From contig NC_042998.1 of the NCBI RefSeq assembly GCF_006345805.1, forward strand, positions 27,962,001 through 28,026,000: 64,000 bases of DNA, read 5' to 3'. Made by a program: the position numbers and the translations under genes. Shown here one piece after another: positions 40,441 through 54,099 of this stretch. Position 1 is the stretch's first letter; the number at the start of each line of letters is the position of its first letter. Under the pieces are notes generated by a model, which saw only the letters and a program-made list of their open reading frames with translations, was not told the DNA's origin and searched no databases. This DNA is from Octopus sinensis. Taxonomy: Eukaryota.

Positions 40441-41269
40441 TCTAAAACAAAATCAAACACACATACACAAGGTGTATGTATAGTTAAATCATCGGGCGGC
40501 TGCGCCTTGTTGGCGTAAGTGAATATATTCTCAATGTTCTTGAGGTAAATCACCTGAAAGCAAGTCATAGTCCGTATATATGACTATATACTAAATGGTT
40601 TAAAAACTGCAGCCGCCCGACGAACTGACAACATACATACACACGCTCACACACCTTGTGTATGTGTGTTCGATTCTGTCTATATACGTCGAGCTGCTTC
40701 TAATTTATATTTGAAATTTTTGCGTGGCATGATACGTTGGGCTGTGCTAGTAGATGGTTTTTTAAACCATTTAGTATATAGTCATAGCTGGTTAGATAGC
40801 TTGCAGCAAGCCCCGTTCGGTATGGGGCATTGATAAGTCAAAATGATGGCGGAACATCGATGTCTGTCGCTCCGAAACAAAAAAGGGGGATTTGATGTGA
40901 ATAGTCTCGCTTCTCTATGGCTTACTTTCAGGTGTTTTACACGAAGGGAATCGAAAATATCTCTTAGACCTAAACACTGCATCCGCCTGACAAACGAACA
41001 GCACACATACCTTGTATTTGTGTATTCGATTTTGTTTATATACCACGAGCTACTTCTAATTCATATTTGAATAATGTCTAAAAATCTCATTAGTTGTGAT
41101 GTACTGCAGATACTGAAGTATTTGTTTTAGGTTTGTTTCCTTCTTATAGATTTTACTTATCGTAACTAGCATTTACCAATATTTCATATCAATAACACTG
41201 CTAGACGGTGACTATAATTGAGAAATTGACTCTAGGAATTGCATTGTGGACCTGATATATAAACTTACA

Positions 41270-41610
41270 AGGCGGCGAGCTGGCAGAAACGTTAGCACGC
41301 CGGGCGAAATGCGTAGCCGTATTTCGTCTGCCGTTACGTTCTGAGTTCAAATTCGGCCGAGGTCAACTTTGCCTATCATCCTTTCGGGGTCGATAAAATA
41401 AGTACCAGTTACGTACTTGGGTGGATATAATTGACTTAATCCGTTTGTCTGTCCTTGTTTGTCCTCTCTGTATTTAGCCCCTTGTGGGTAGTAAAGAAAT
41501 AGGCATTTCTTCTGTCGTTGTGTTCTGAGTTCAAATTCTGCCGAGGTCGACTTTGCCTCTCATCCTTTCGGGGTCGATGTAATCGACTTGATCCGTTTGT
41601 CTGTCCGTGT
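41270..41610 (+). mobile_element. SINE family A plus partial tandem copy
   Basis: Family A head and tail followed by a repeated internal segment. Confidence 0.85.
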
Positions 41611-42224
41611 TGTTAAACTTACAAGACAGTTATTCATATTACGAAATATGTTTATAATGTTTTTTGTTGATGCAACAAAGACACTAGCTTTGCTGAAGTA
41701 TCATTCATTACAGGTTTGACTTGAAACATGAAACAAATTGCTGTTACGAACTTAACCATTGTTGTCCCATTTTTGTTGGCTCTGCAGGAAAGCACCGTTT
41801 CCATTAATTATTAAGTCGTTTTTAAACAGTTCCTCTGGAGGGAACGTTAGTTGCCATGCAATACTAGATCTGGACTCGATATACTTATCAGGGTGTGAAT
41901 TTGAATCTGAATTATGTATTAAATTGTTCTTGTTCTTATATGAAACGTGGCCGCACTAGTTCTGTTTACTACAAAGAACAGCGTTTAGAAGTTGTATCAG
42001 AGTCCGGAGTTTGAAATCGTTCAGCAAATTATGGAAACAGTGTTTTGCCACGAGAAACTGAGCACAAACCAATTGAATCATACCAAATGTGTCTCAAAAG
42101 TATCACACTTTGAGAAAGACCCGAATATCCGACCACTTCACTGTTGCCTGTTGCAATATTGAGGGTGCACGATGCATCTTTGTGTGGAATAGACAAGCGA
42201 CTATTTGTAATGTTGGAAATAATA

Positions 42225-42298
<74 letters not shown>

Positions 42299-43624
42299 TT
42301 TAGGAAATATTATTCCAAACTTACAGGGAAAAATTCAATTTAGAAATACTAAGACAAATTTCACAAAATATAATATATTTATAAATTCGAAAACAAACAC
42401 CTTTTATCAATTCAAAATGAAAAATTAAATTACACCATCTAGAAAATTACATATAGAAATATTAAATATGAGATGAAAAATAATATACCGATGATTAAGT
42501 AATGTGCAAAATGATAAATAAAACGTATATATTTGGTATATATATATATGTTTTATTTATTATTTTGCACACTACTTAATCATCGGTATATCATTTTTTT
42601 AAATCTCATATTTAATATTTCTATTATATGTAATTTTCTAGATGATGTAATTTAATTTTTCATTTTGAATTGATAAAAGGTGTTCTTTTCTTATATATAT
42701 ATATATATATATATTACCCAGGATTCTGTCTAAGAAATAATCAATAAAACATTTGGCATTAGTAGATTTTGTCCAGTATAATTTCAAATGTATCCCCCAA
42801 AATTGCACAAACATTTGTTTTGAAATCGCTATGGAAGAGAAGTTGATACGGAAGGATAAATTTTGAAGGATTCATTTAAGGAAATTCTTTTAATTACCAC
42901 AAACCCCTTGTGTATTATCAATTAATGAAAATGTAAAATAGCATGAAAAATATATAATTAATACATGATTTTTAAATGTATACAAAATATACAGATATTT
43001 CTAGGGTTTGAAGATTTTTTAAATTGATAACCTTAAAATAACAATTTGGGCACTTCTCCAGATGTGAAACAAAACTGCTGTTGAAACAAACCTATATAAC
43101 ATTTTGAAATATAATTATATACAGATAATAAGTGTCTTGATTAAAATTATAATTTAGGAGAAATGATAAGTACAGTGAACAAATATACAATAAAGAAAAT
43201 ATATTAAAAATTTGTATAATTCTCTCGGAAAAAAACAAAAGGAAACGTTGTTGTCCATTCAAATGTATATTTACTCTATGTTATAATTAATGAGACGGAT
43301 CATGCAAGCATAAATATTGTATACAGAACTAAACTTCATTACAACAAACTTGCACTTTTCATAAATATATTTTTCTGCATTTTTTATTAAAAAATTGTAA
43401 TTCTAGAAAATATCCTACTTTGCAGCAATCACTGTATTATAAGTGTAATTAAATTTAAACAAATTTAAATAAAAGTACTATGTGTATTTAAAACAATTAC
43501 TTAATACTAATTTAATACATTTAACATGCATAATCATGTTTTCATTGTCAACAAAATGCTTTGGAATATGCTAGTCAACTTCCAATTAGAAAGCAATATG
43601 TACTTTTGAGCATTGATTACAAGG

Positions 43625-43792
43625 TGGTGTGGTAAGTAGCTTGCTTACCAACCACATTGTTCCGGGTTCAGTCCCACTGCGTGGCAACTTGGGTAGGTGT
43701 TTTCTACTATAGCCTCGGACAGACCAAAGCCTTGTGAGTGGATTTCGTAGACGGAAACTGAAAGACGCCCGTCGTATATATGTATATCTACA

Positions 43793-43829
<37 letters not shown>

Positions 43830-44650
43830 AAGTAAATAAGAGGGCTAGCAGCAGGCTGTTTCGCCTCATACCGAAGGAATTAGAAATGGCAGTCAAAGAC
43901 TGTTTTTTCCATTTTCTGTAAGTGGAGATTCCAAAAACGAAGGCCCGTGCGGCTCACATATACAAAACCGGAGTAGCAAATAGACGCAAACAGTCACTTA
44001 CCGTTAATAACGAACACGTGTTTCTGGATCACAAACATAGAAAAGTAGTTTGATTTCCGTCATCGGCGCTATATTCGATAGCTTTACCAAATGCCACCGG
44101 CCCTCACTTCTGACCCAGCGATATCAGATAGTGGAGGGAAGTGCGCAGATGTTAAAACTAAGTAACGACTGGGAACGTAAATTTTCCCTCCAAAATTCTG
44201 CCATGCGCGCCTTCTGGGAAATCGTAATGGAATGAGGAATCCACATGGTAATGCAATAAAAATGGTAAATAATTTTTCTGTGGTTTTTCATGTAACCAAC
44301 AATTATTTACCGGTAAATTTCGGTATGTAAATACGACAAATTTATCGTCAGGAACTTTGTAAGGTTCAGTATATAGTAAAGTAAATAAGAGGGCTAGCAG
44401 CAGGCTGTTTCATATATATATGTGTGTGTGTGTATGTGTTTGTATGTCTGTGTTTGTCCTCCCCCCCCAACATCACTTGACAATCGATGCTGGTGTATAT
44501 ATGTTCCCTTAACTTAGCGGTTCGGCAAGAGACCGATAGAATAAGTACTAGGCTTACAAAGAGAAAGTCCTGAGGTCGATTTACTCGACTAAAGGCGGTG
44601 CTCCAGCATGGCCACAGTCAAATGACTGAAACAAGTAAAAAAGTAAAAGA
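43625..44650 (+). mobile_element. SINE family B interrupted in its (TA)n linker by a ~590-bp insert
   Basis: Head 43625-43790, tail ~44411-44650; insert bounded by 42-bp direct repeats. Confidence 0.75.
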
Positions 44651-45005
44651 GTAACTGCGAATAAATATCAATGGTTTTGACGTCCTTTCCCTGGCTGCAG
44701 TAGAATTTTTTTCAATATTTCTCATCAAATGTTATTTTTTAAACAATTTCATATCCTTTTCATTGCAGTATAAATGTATTTTCTCATGTTTGAATCAAAC
44801 ATAATGCACAGGCATTCTATCTGTTCATATTTCCTTTCGTATTTATGTTGCAATCAGTTGACTCAAGTTAATCTCGCGGTGTAAGTCTTATCCCCGCTTC
44901 TCCACTTTACTTGCAATTCTAAAACTATCGAATCTTTATACACATACACACACACACAGATATGACAGTTATGTCGGTACACACACACGCACATATATAT
45001 ATATA

Positions 45006-45103
<98 letters not shown>

Positions 45104-45120
45104 TATATATATGACGTTAC

Positions 45121-45296
45121 CTTGTGTAACGTCAAGAACACCAAAAGGCGGAACGTATTTAACTTTACCAGCTATATCCAGTACTTGAAAGAAGCCACCA
45201 TACAAAAACGGCAGCACAAGCAGTAATTCATGCCATGCTGAATAATAACTAATTTTACAGTTCTTGAGATATAGCAATGTTAAACCCACTTCAAAG
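45121..45296 (-). CDS. Candidate internal exon, hydrophobic (FEVGLTLLYLKNCKISYYSAWHELLLVLPFLYGGFFQVLDIAGKVKYVPPFGVLDVTQ)
   Basis: tatttccag| acceptor, open frame, CAAG|gtaacg donor; non-repetitive. Family not recognised. Confidence 0.3.
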
Positions 45297-46169
45297 CTGG
45301 AAATACTAGGCTATTGTACTTACGAATGGAAAATACACAAAATCTTAGTAGGACCTGCAAATTCAACACATGAAAAATTGTGTTTGTCACCTGCTCGATG
45401 TAGATAAAAAAAACCCAACTATTTACTCTCCATATTAAGTTTTAAATATGACTCAGTTAGGAATACATCTTATTGGGCTTTATATATGGCTCGCATATAT
45501 TAGTTAAGGTAGAAGATATCATTTCAGAAGTACTAACTGAATTTATATAGAGTATGTCCGCTTTGGGAATAATTAAACTGCAACCGTGATATAGACCGAA
45601 ATTTATTGCAGTGAATATTTCCCCGGTGGATATCACAGATGTATAAACAAACGAGATGAACCATAATTCGTTTTAGTTTATTTACGTTTGTTTCACATCT
45701 TCCCATCCGCCGTCCATCATTTCATCTCTTTCTTGCCTTTTTTCTCTTCTTTCTCAGTAAATATTTTTTCAAGTTAACGATTTCATACATAATTTCTTTT
45801 CGCAAGAAAATTCGAGTTAGCTCACCATCTTGCCGACAAACTCTAAATAACCAGACGCTGCTTATAAAATATTTTCTCCTGTGACAGAGAAAGGATGTCA
45901 CAGAGAGGGTAATGAGGTTAGTTTTTTTTTGATATATAAGTATGATATAATTATACGAAACAAATTATTTGTATCTAATCCGTATAACAATACTTGATTC
46001 AATTCAGATAGACTATACTAATCCGGTACTCAATGATCTCGTCTCATATAGCCATTTGCAATACTATTATTCTCATTCTCATCAACATTGCTGTAATCCT
46101 CATCATGATCATCGTTACCATCCTCCTCCTCCCCCTCCTCCTCCTCCTCCCCATTGTCACCAATTATTA

Positions 46170-46210
<41 letters not shown>

Positions 46211-46329
46211 TATGTTTGACTTTTGCTTTATGTCTGTACAAGTTGGCTCCAAGTCTCACCCAGAGACCTCAAGAGACAACATGTTGGAAGTTCACGTTGT
46301 TGTTATGCCTAGTGTTTGTTTTAAACCTT

Positions 46330-46365
<36 letters not shown>

Positions 46366-46685
46366 GCGTGTCTTTTGCTTTGTATTTGTACAAGCTGACT
46401 CTAAGTCTCACCCAGGGACCTCAAGAGACAAACAAGTTGGAAGCTGAAGTTGGTTTTTATGCTTAGAGTGTCATATATTTCGTTCGTTTCGCACAGAGTA
46501 TGGTTCTAAAGCATACGTTTAAGAAAACATAAGAAGATTATAAGCTTGTTTTAAAATTTGAGATTACATAGTGTTTTACGTAGGATATGGGCAGTTCCCA
46601 TGAGCTCTATTTTTTGAATTTCTGCCATTTTGGGATTTCCTAGTATCTGAGCTAGGTAGGAATTATTATTATTATCATTATTATT

Positions 46686-48888
46686 CAGTAGTTTTATTTT
46701 TATAGCGTGCTTTCACTTCACTAGCGAGCGCAGCTCTGTGTGCCTTAGGTATGTGCTGTGATTTGTTGTGATGCTCTGATGGTTATTGTATGGAAAGTGT
46801 CCTGCGTAGGATGTGTGCAGTGCCTAGTAGTGCAATTTTCTGTATGTTATATGTGTTTGTAAGTCCTGGTGTTTTTGTTATGTATTTGTCTGAATATTTT
46901 TTTATCATGCCTAATGCACCTACTATGATAGGAATTGTTTCTGTTTTTAGATTCCACATTCTGGTTACCTCTATTTCCAGGTGTTTGTATTTTGAAAGTT
47001 TCTCCATTTCTTTTAGAGACACATTGTCATCTGCCGGTATTGATATATCAATTAGAAAGCATTTTTTTCTTCATGATCTCTGACAACTATATCTGGTCTG
47101 TTGGCCTTAATTTCTCTATCTGTGTGTATCGGCATATCCCAGAGTATGGTTGCTTTTCCGTTTTCTGTGACCTTTTCTGGTGTGTGCCTATACCATCTTT
47201 TTTCTGTTGTTATTCCATAATGTTGGCATAGCTTCCAGTGTATGTAGGTCCCAACTATGTCATGTCTGTGAATATATTCCTTCTTAGCCAGCACTGGGCA
47301 GCCAGAGATAATATGATTTATTGTTTCTTGTCCATCTCCACATATTTTGCAGTTACTTGTTATGTTTCTTTTCATTACATGTTTTTGGTAATTTCTGGTG
47401 GGGAGGCTTTGGTCTTGTGCTGCAATTAAAAATCCCTCTGTCTCTGCTTTGAGTCCTGAGTTTCTCGACCATTGCTGGGATTTTTTATTGTCTATTTCTT
47501 TTGCATTTAGTTTAGTCCAGTATTTACCACGAAGGAGCTTTTCTTGCCATCGTTTTATCATGGTTCTTTGCTGTTCTATTTTTAGTTTGGATTTCATTTG
47601 TTTTATAGCTTTTGTTGTTTCTTCTTCTTCTTCTTCTTCTTCTCTTCTTCTTCTTCTTCTTCTTCTCTTCTTCTTCTTCTTCATATTTGTTAGGTGGTAT
47701 GATTTCTTGTTTGTGTTCGTCAGCTTCCTTAAATACTGAGAACAGTTTTTGATTCGTTCGTGTTTTGCCGCTATTTGTATCAGTTTTCCTTCCTTCTGAA
47801 GTAGATATTTTTGCAGTTCTATCATGGTTATTTTATAGTAGTTTTCCAGCTGTATAAGGCCTCTACCACCTTCTATACGTTGTGTATATAGTCTTTCTAT
47901 GTCAGATTTTGGGAGATGCATCCTAGATCCTGTCATTATTTTTCTTGTTTTCCTATCTACTTTGGTCAGTTCATTTCGTGTCCAGTTAAGGATATTGTAG
48001 CTGTAACTTATAACTGGGACTGCTAAAGTGTTAATACCTATTATCTTGTTTTTAGCATTGAGCTCTGTTTTTAGTATTGATCTAACTCGTCTATAATATT
48101 CTTTTTTTTTTCTCTTTCCTTTGTGTGTGTTGTGCCTTATCTAGTCCATGGATTCCTAAGTATTTGTAAGTTTGGCTTTGGTGTAATTCTTTTATTTCAT
48201 TGGTTTTATCTAGTGTGATGTTGCTACTCTTAACTAGTTTTCCTCTTTTCATGGTTACTTTGACGCATTTTTCTAATCCAAATTTCATATCTATTTCTTG
48301 GGTAAATCCATGAACTGTCTTTAATAGTGTTTCCAGCTGTTTGTCATTTGCAGCGTATAGTTTTAGGTCATCCATATATAAAAGGTGGCTGATCGTTTTG
48401 CCGTAACATTATATCCGCATCCAGTTGTATTTAGCATATCAGATAGAGGTGACAGTGCCAAGCAGAAAAGGAGTGGAGAGAGCGTGTCTCCCTGGAATAT
48501 TCCTCTTCTAATGGGGATGGCTTTGGTTTTCATGAGTCCCTCTTTTGTTTGGAGCTGTAGCACTGTTTGCCATTTATTTATAGAGTGTCCTATGTATTTT
48601 ATAATTGTTGGTGCCACTTTGTTAAAGGCTAGTGTTTCGAGGATCCATGTGTGGGGGATGCTATCAAACGCCTTTCTGTAGTCGATCCATGCCATACTGA
48701 GGCCTTTTTTCTTTCTGTGGCTGTCTTCAGTTATGGCTTTATTGATCAATAATTGATCTTTACAGCCGTATGAGCCTTTGCGGCATTCTTTCTACTCTTC
48801 TGGAAACAGGTTGTTTTCGTCCAGGTGCTTGTTTAATCTTTGTGATAATACTGCAGCAAATAGTTCTGTAGTTTTCTGGTTTTGCTGT

Positions 48889-48892
<4 letters not shown>
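46686..48892 (-). mobile_element. 5'-truncated R4/Dong-like non-LTR retrotransposon (RT, CCHC knuckle, RLE)
   Basis: WIDYRKAFDSIPH, RRGIFQGDTLSPLLF, YMDDLKLY, C..C....ETINHIISGC...RHD, NRPDIVV, KEMEKLSKY; (TAA)n on both sides. Confidence 0.92.
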
Positions 48893-48957
<65 letters not shown>

Positions 48958-49081
48958 GTTTAAGGCGTCGCACAGTATCCAATATCGGATATTTGTACCT
49001 GTTTGTCAAGTCACGAGGACCTCAAACAGACAGTACTTGACGCAATATGCGTGCAGTTCCAACTAATACATCTAGATTCTT

Positions 49082-49156
<75 letters not shown>

Positions 49157-49444
49157 ATTACGATATGGAATTCCATGTTCAGCATCCGAGTTTCCCAGCC
49201 AACTTAGGTATGCTGCCATGAGTCTATGTTTAAACACAATAACATATTAACACTTAGAATAAGATACTTGCTTGACTATTTTCTTTTCCGACTAAACATT
49301 TAAACTTGTTGCTTTTCTTCGGAACAATCCGCTTCATGAAATCCCCTTTCTATGATTTCCTGAAAGTTAAACGACTTGGTCATTGTCATAGACGTATCTG
49401 AAATAAAGTTTGCAAACGAATAATATTTCAGTGTATTAGCTCAA

Positions 49445-49690
49445 CGTGTGGAGGCGCGTGGCTTAGTGATTAGGGTGTCAACACCATGATCGTAAGATTA
49501 TGGTTTCGATTCCTGGACCGGACGACGCGTTGTGCTCTTGAGCAATAAACATTATTTTACTCCATTCAGCTGGCAAAAATGAGTAACGCTGCGATGGACA
49601 GGCCTCCCGTTCAGCTGGGTAACACATACGCCATAGAAACCGGGAAACCGGGCCCATGAGCCTGACTAGGCTTTAAAAGGGGGCATTTAT
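49445..49690 (+). mobile_element. SINE, family C-related
   Basis: gtggaggcgcgtggcttagtgattaggg...ggtttcgattcc head; ccgggaaaccgggccc tail. Confidence 0.75.
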
Positions 49691-50814
49691 TTTTTTCACT
49701 TTTTATTAGCTCAACCATTTCATAATACAGTCAAATTGTTTTTATACTAGTTAGAACTAACTGACAAAAGCACTAGCTCTTCGAAAGTCGTGAATGATTC
49801 CTGTTTCAGACTTAATGCAATTAACAAGCGAAACAAAACGATGTGCGACTTAGCAATGATGCAAGTAGATAGAGAAAGGAAATTATGAGATGTAATATGT
49901 TTCTGCCAAGTACAGCTAATGTGTGGTCTCATCTTAAGTATTCCGTGCATCCGTTTGAGCACCCGTGTTTAAATATTTCCATATTAAATTACTTCGGATG
50001 TCGAATTTAGAAGAATGGTCTTTCATGTTTCATGTTTACTATATGGAATATATTATACAAGTGAGATTTAAATAGCATAATGGATAATATAGAACCTATT
50101 ATCTCAACATGGATTCCAGAATCCGACAGAGATGAGCCATTCAGAAATAGACATACCGATTAAATGTGCGACGCATTTAAGTCCTTGCAATAAAATTTTG
50201 GTTGCACACATGTGCGGGTTGTACACTTCTAATCCTTTAGCTTTCGAATAGAATATATAATTTACTCTATGACTGATCAGCAGAACGTAATTGCAAATTA
50301 TGCAAAATATGTTGCATATTCATTATTGATTATATGAGAAAAACTATCAGAAATGAGTTTTGCTAGGTTTGACGTCATACATTAGCAATCGCATGATCGT
50401 ATCAGCATGATGCCAGCCAATTAAAACAATTATGTTACTCGTTTTTTTTTCTATAAATAGTTAGAAATCTATTTATAATTGATAAGTGACAGATATAATG
50501 ATATATAAGATTGGCAAGGAGGGAAAAGGTAACGCTTGTACTCATTAAAAAGTGAACAGGAGAACAATAATGCAAAATCAGATATCCCCTAATGAACTTA
50601 CACAGTGATTACCTGACACTTTGCTAAATATTTAAATAGCAAACAGCATATTTAGAATCGATATTCCGACACATTTTTCTCAAACTTTCTCTATCTCTGA
50701 GGCAGATGAAACATCTTTACGTTTATATGCACCTGCACACCTGCATATAGATATACAACTAGGTGCGTGTACAACTCTAAGTAATCTTTGATTAAAAGTT
50801 TTATCTATGAATGA

Positions 50815-50853
<39 letters not shown>

Positions 50854-50869
50854 TGCAATGCATATGTGG

Positions 50870-51170
50870 TGGTACATGGCCTAGTGGTTAGAGCAGCGGA
50901 CTCACGGTTGAGGGATCGCGGGTTCGAATCTCAGACCGGGCGATGTGTGTGTTTATGAGCGAAACACCTGAGCTCCACGCGGCTCCGGCAGAAGGTAATG
51001 GTGAACTTCTGCTGACTCTTTCGTCACAACTTTCTCTCACTCTTTCCTCCTGCATCTTGCAACTCACCTGCGACGGACCGGCGTCCCGTCGACGAGGGAA
51101 ACCTATACGCCAAGGAAACCGGGAAACCGGCCCTAATGAGCCAGGCATGGCTCGAGAAGGAACAAACAAA
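50870..51170 (+). mobile_element. SINE family C
   Basis: tggcctagtggttagagcagcggactc...gggttcgaatctc head; gagccaggcatggctcgagaaggaacaaac tail. Confidence 0.85.
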
Positions 51171-51444
51171 ACAATATATGCATATATTTACTTCTACCTA
51201 TTTATCTATCTCTCCGCTTTGAATATAAATATACATGCATATATACGCACACATGCATGCACGCACATATATTAATATATATTCCAACGAATGCCCAGTT
51301 TGCGCGTGTCGTTACTCGGAGTTACTATTTCTTGTTGCTCAGGAGTCGGTGTAACTAGAATAAAAGTTATCCCACTCTATTTAAAGGAAAACGTATTTTT
51401 CTCGTTTCTTCGAAATTCCCACAAGTTAGAAATATTTATTTATT

Positions 51445-51648
51445 GCCCAAAGAGGGGACAAACAAGGATAGAGAAAGGGATTAAGTCACATCGACCCCAG
51501 TGCGTAACTGGTACTTATTTAACCGACTTCGAAAGGATGAAAGGCAAAGTCGACCTCGGCGGAATATGAACTCATAACGTAACGGCAGACGAAATACCTC
51601 TAAGCATTTCGCCCGGCGTGCTAACGATTCTGCCAGCTCGCCGCCCTA
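51445..51648 (-). mobile_element. SINE family A
   Basis: Family A sequence on minus strand. Confidence 0.85.
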
Positions 51649-52044
51649 AGTGAGAAATATTACCTACCTACCTACCTACCTACCTACCTACCTACCTACC
51701 TAAATACCTACCTACCTACATACATACATACATGCATACATAGATACATCAGTCTAAGAAAAAATATGGCAGTCCGAAATCCCCTCTTACAACAAGACAA
51801 TATCCCACAATGTATTTGCATTACTTGTGCTGATTCCAACATTTGGGAAACTTGACTGGTCTGTGGAAGAAATCCAACCCATAGTCATTAAAATTCACAA
51901 GATTCTGACACCAACTGGAAATCTCCACAAAAATAGTGATATCGACAGGCTCTTAGCTACGAAGGGATAATGGTGGTAAGGGCTTGAGATCAGTGCAGAA
52001 AACCTTTGAGTGTTACAGAATCTTTCTCAGACGACACTTGGTAA

Positions 52045-52165
52045 ACAATGTAAGGTATACTAGCCATCTCAATATGGCTAACCACTAAGGGTGGGTGTTA
52101 CTGTAGCTTGTAGCCCCACCCTTAGTGGTTAGCCATATTGAGATGGCTAGTATACCTTACATTGT
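52045..52165. repeat. Perfect 51-bp inverted repeat with 19-nt loop
   Basis: 52045-52095 is the exact reverse complement of 52115-52165. Confidence 0.95.
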
Positions 52166-52764
52166 CGTGCAGTTACTGTTTACATCTCGTTCAGAGATTT
52201 ATTATTACTTGGTTAACAACAGCAGCAAAATTAAATACGTTAACTTAGTGCTGAAAAGTGAAGAGAACAATATCCTACGTGTTGGAAGTGAGCTCCTTAG
52301 GACGTACTCTCTTCCTGGTGACTTCCCGTACAACCCCACTTCAGCTGGACTAGCATACATCAAAGAACAGATGGAGGTAAAATGCTCAGCATACCCCAAA
52401 AAAATTAAAAAATTAATAAATAAAGACCCTGCATGGGTATGTTTCTCGTAGACTTGAAGAAGATAGTAACATTGACAGGAAGCGAAGCCTCGCTTGGACT
52501 CGTGATCGTTACATAACACCACACTTCGAACGCTATGCATTTGCAATCCAAAAATATAAGATTGCTACAAAAATACTTAATCAGCAAAAGAGGCAGTAAA
52601 GCCCTTGGAGTTCCAAGATGCAGCCGTAAATGTAGATTATGTCATATTTCTGTGGAAGACAACACACATGTGATTAGCAGCTGCCCAAAAGGATCATCAA
52701 ATTAATACCTCCCTATGCGATATGACGTTGTCGCAAAAACAATATACTCTCTTTACACTTTACT

Positions 52765-53160
52765 CTATTTTACTTGTTTCACTCATTTGACTGCGGCCAT
52801 GCTGGAGCACCGCCTTTAGTCGAGGAAAACGACCCCGGGACTTATTCCTTGTAAGCCTAGTACTTATTCTATCGGTCTCTTTTGCCGAACCGCTAAGTTA
52901 CGAGGAAGTAAACACACCAGTATCGTTTGTCAAGCGATGTGGGGGGGGGGACAAACACAGACATACAAACACACACACATATGTATACTTATGCATATAT
53001 ACGACGGGCTTCTTTCAGTTTCCGTCTACGAAATCCACTCACAAGGCTTTGGTCGTCCCGAGGCTATAGTAGAAGACACCTGCCCAAGGTGCCACGCAGT
53101 GGGACTGAACCCGGAATGGTTGGTTGGTAAGCAAGCTACTTACCATACAGCCACTCCTGC
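52765..53160 (-). mobile_element. Full-length SINE family B nested in the LINE
   Basis: Complete head to tail on minus strand. Confidence 0.9.
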
Positions 53161-53714
53161 GCCATTCGGAAAAAAAGACTGTCCTGGAATAAATATTGAG
53201 AATCCGCTTGTCATTGAAGATGTACACAAATACTATCACAAAGAATACTGGTGGAACCTACCCATCAAAGCATGAGACAAGTGTAAGCATAACAAGCCTG
53301 ATATTGTTTAGGAGCGACAAGAGAAAATATGTACCGTCACAGAGGTCAGATGTCCTGCTGATGTGAATGTGAATATCTCCTTGAAAACCAAAGAAATATA
53401 AGATTATTATGGGCACCGGCTTTGAAACTTCCAGCTTCAATATCATTTGTACCAACAAAAACTGGTGAACTTGGTTTTGTAAGTAAATGCCTTACTGTCA
53501 GTCTAGACAAGCTTGGATTTTCAGAAAAAGAAATCAACCAACTGATTCGTGTATTAGAAATACAATCTCTAAGCGGAACTGTAAAATTATGCAAAACTAT
53601 TCTCAGGTTTAAATTGTGATATTGTTTTCGTTTTCTACATTCCAAAAATGGAGATTTGCATCACTGTTAGAAACCAGCCCCTTCTTGAGAGGAAGAATTT
53701 AAACGATTAAATAC

Positions 53715-54068
53715 ACAAGAGACATACATACATACATACATACATACATGCATACATACATACATACATACATACATACGTACATACATACATACATACA
53801 TACATACATACATACATACATACACACAGATACCTACCTACCTACCTACCAACCTACCTACATACATACATACACACACACACGCACATACATACCTACC
53901 TAAATACATACATACACACATACATACCTACATACATACATACATACATATATGCACGCACACTCACACACATACATACATACATACACACACATGCATA
54001 CATACACACACATACATACATACATACATACATACATACATACATACATACATACATACGCACACACA

Positions 54069-54098
<30 letters not shown>
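53715..54098. repeat. Compound (CATA)n/(CCTA)n/(CA)n microsatellite
   Basis: Direct inspection. Confidence 0.95.

Positions 54099-54099
<1 letters not shown>

Larger units (their letters stand above)
51770..53700 (+). mobile_element. Decayed second RLE-type LINE 3' half, interrupted by a hairpin and a SINE
   Basis: LH..SDIDRL...GG.GL, K(T)LHGY, ID...S.AW, HMISSCP...R(H)D.VAK, EYWWNLPIK..KCKHNKPDI, G(A)LGFV...LDKLG; broken frames; flanked by (CATA)n/(CCTA)n. Confidence 0.75.

Noticed and set aside
42484-42590. CCGATGA-containing inverted pair resembling an HHR
   Set aside because: Both copies have AAAAC instead of GAAAC and no convincing stem II.
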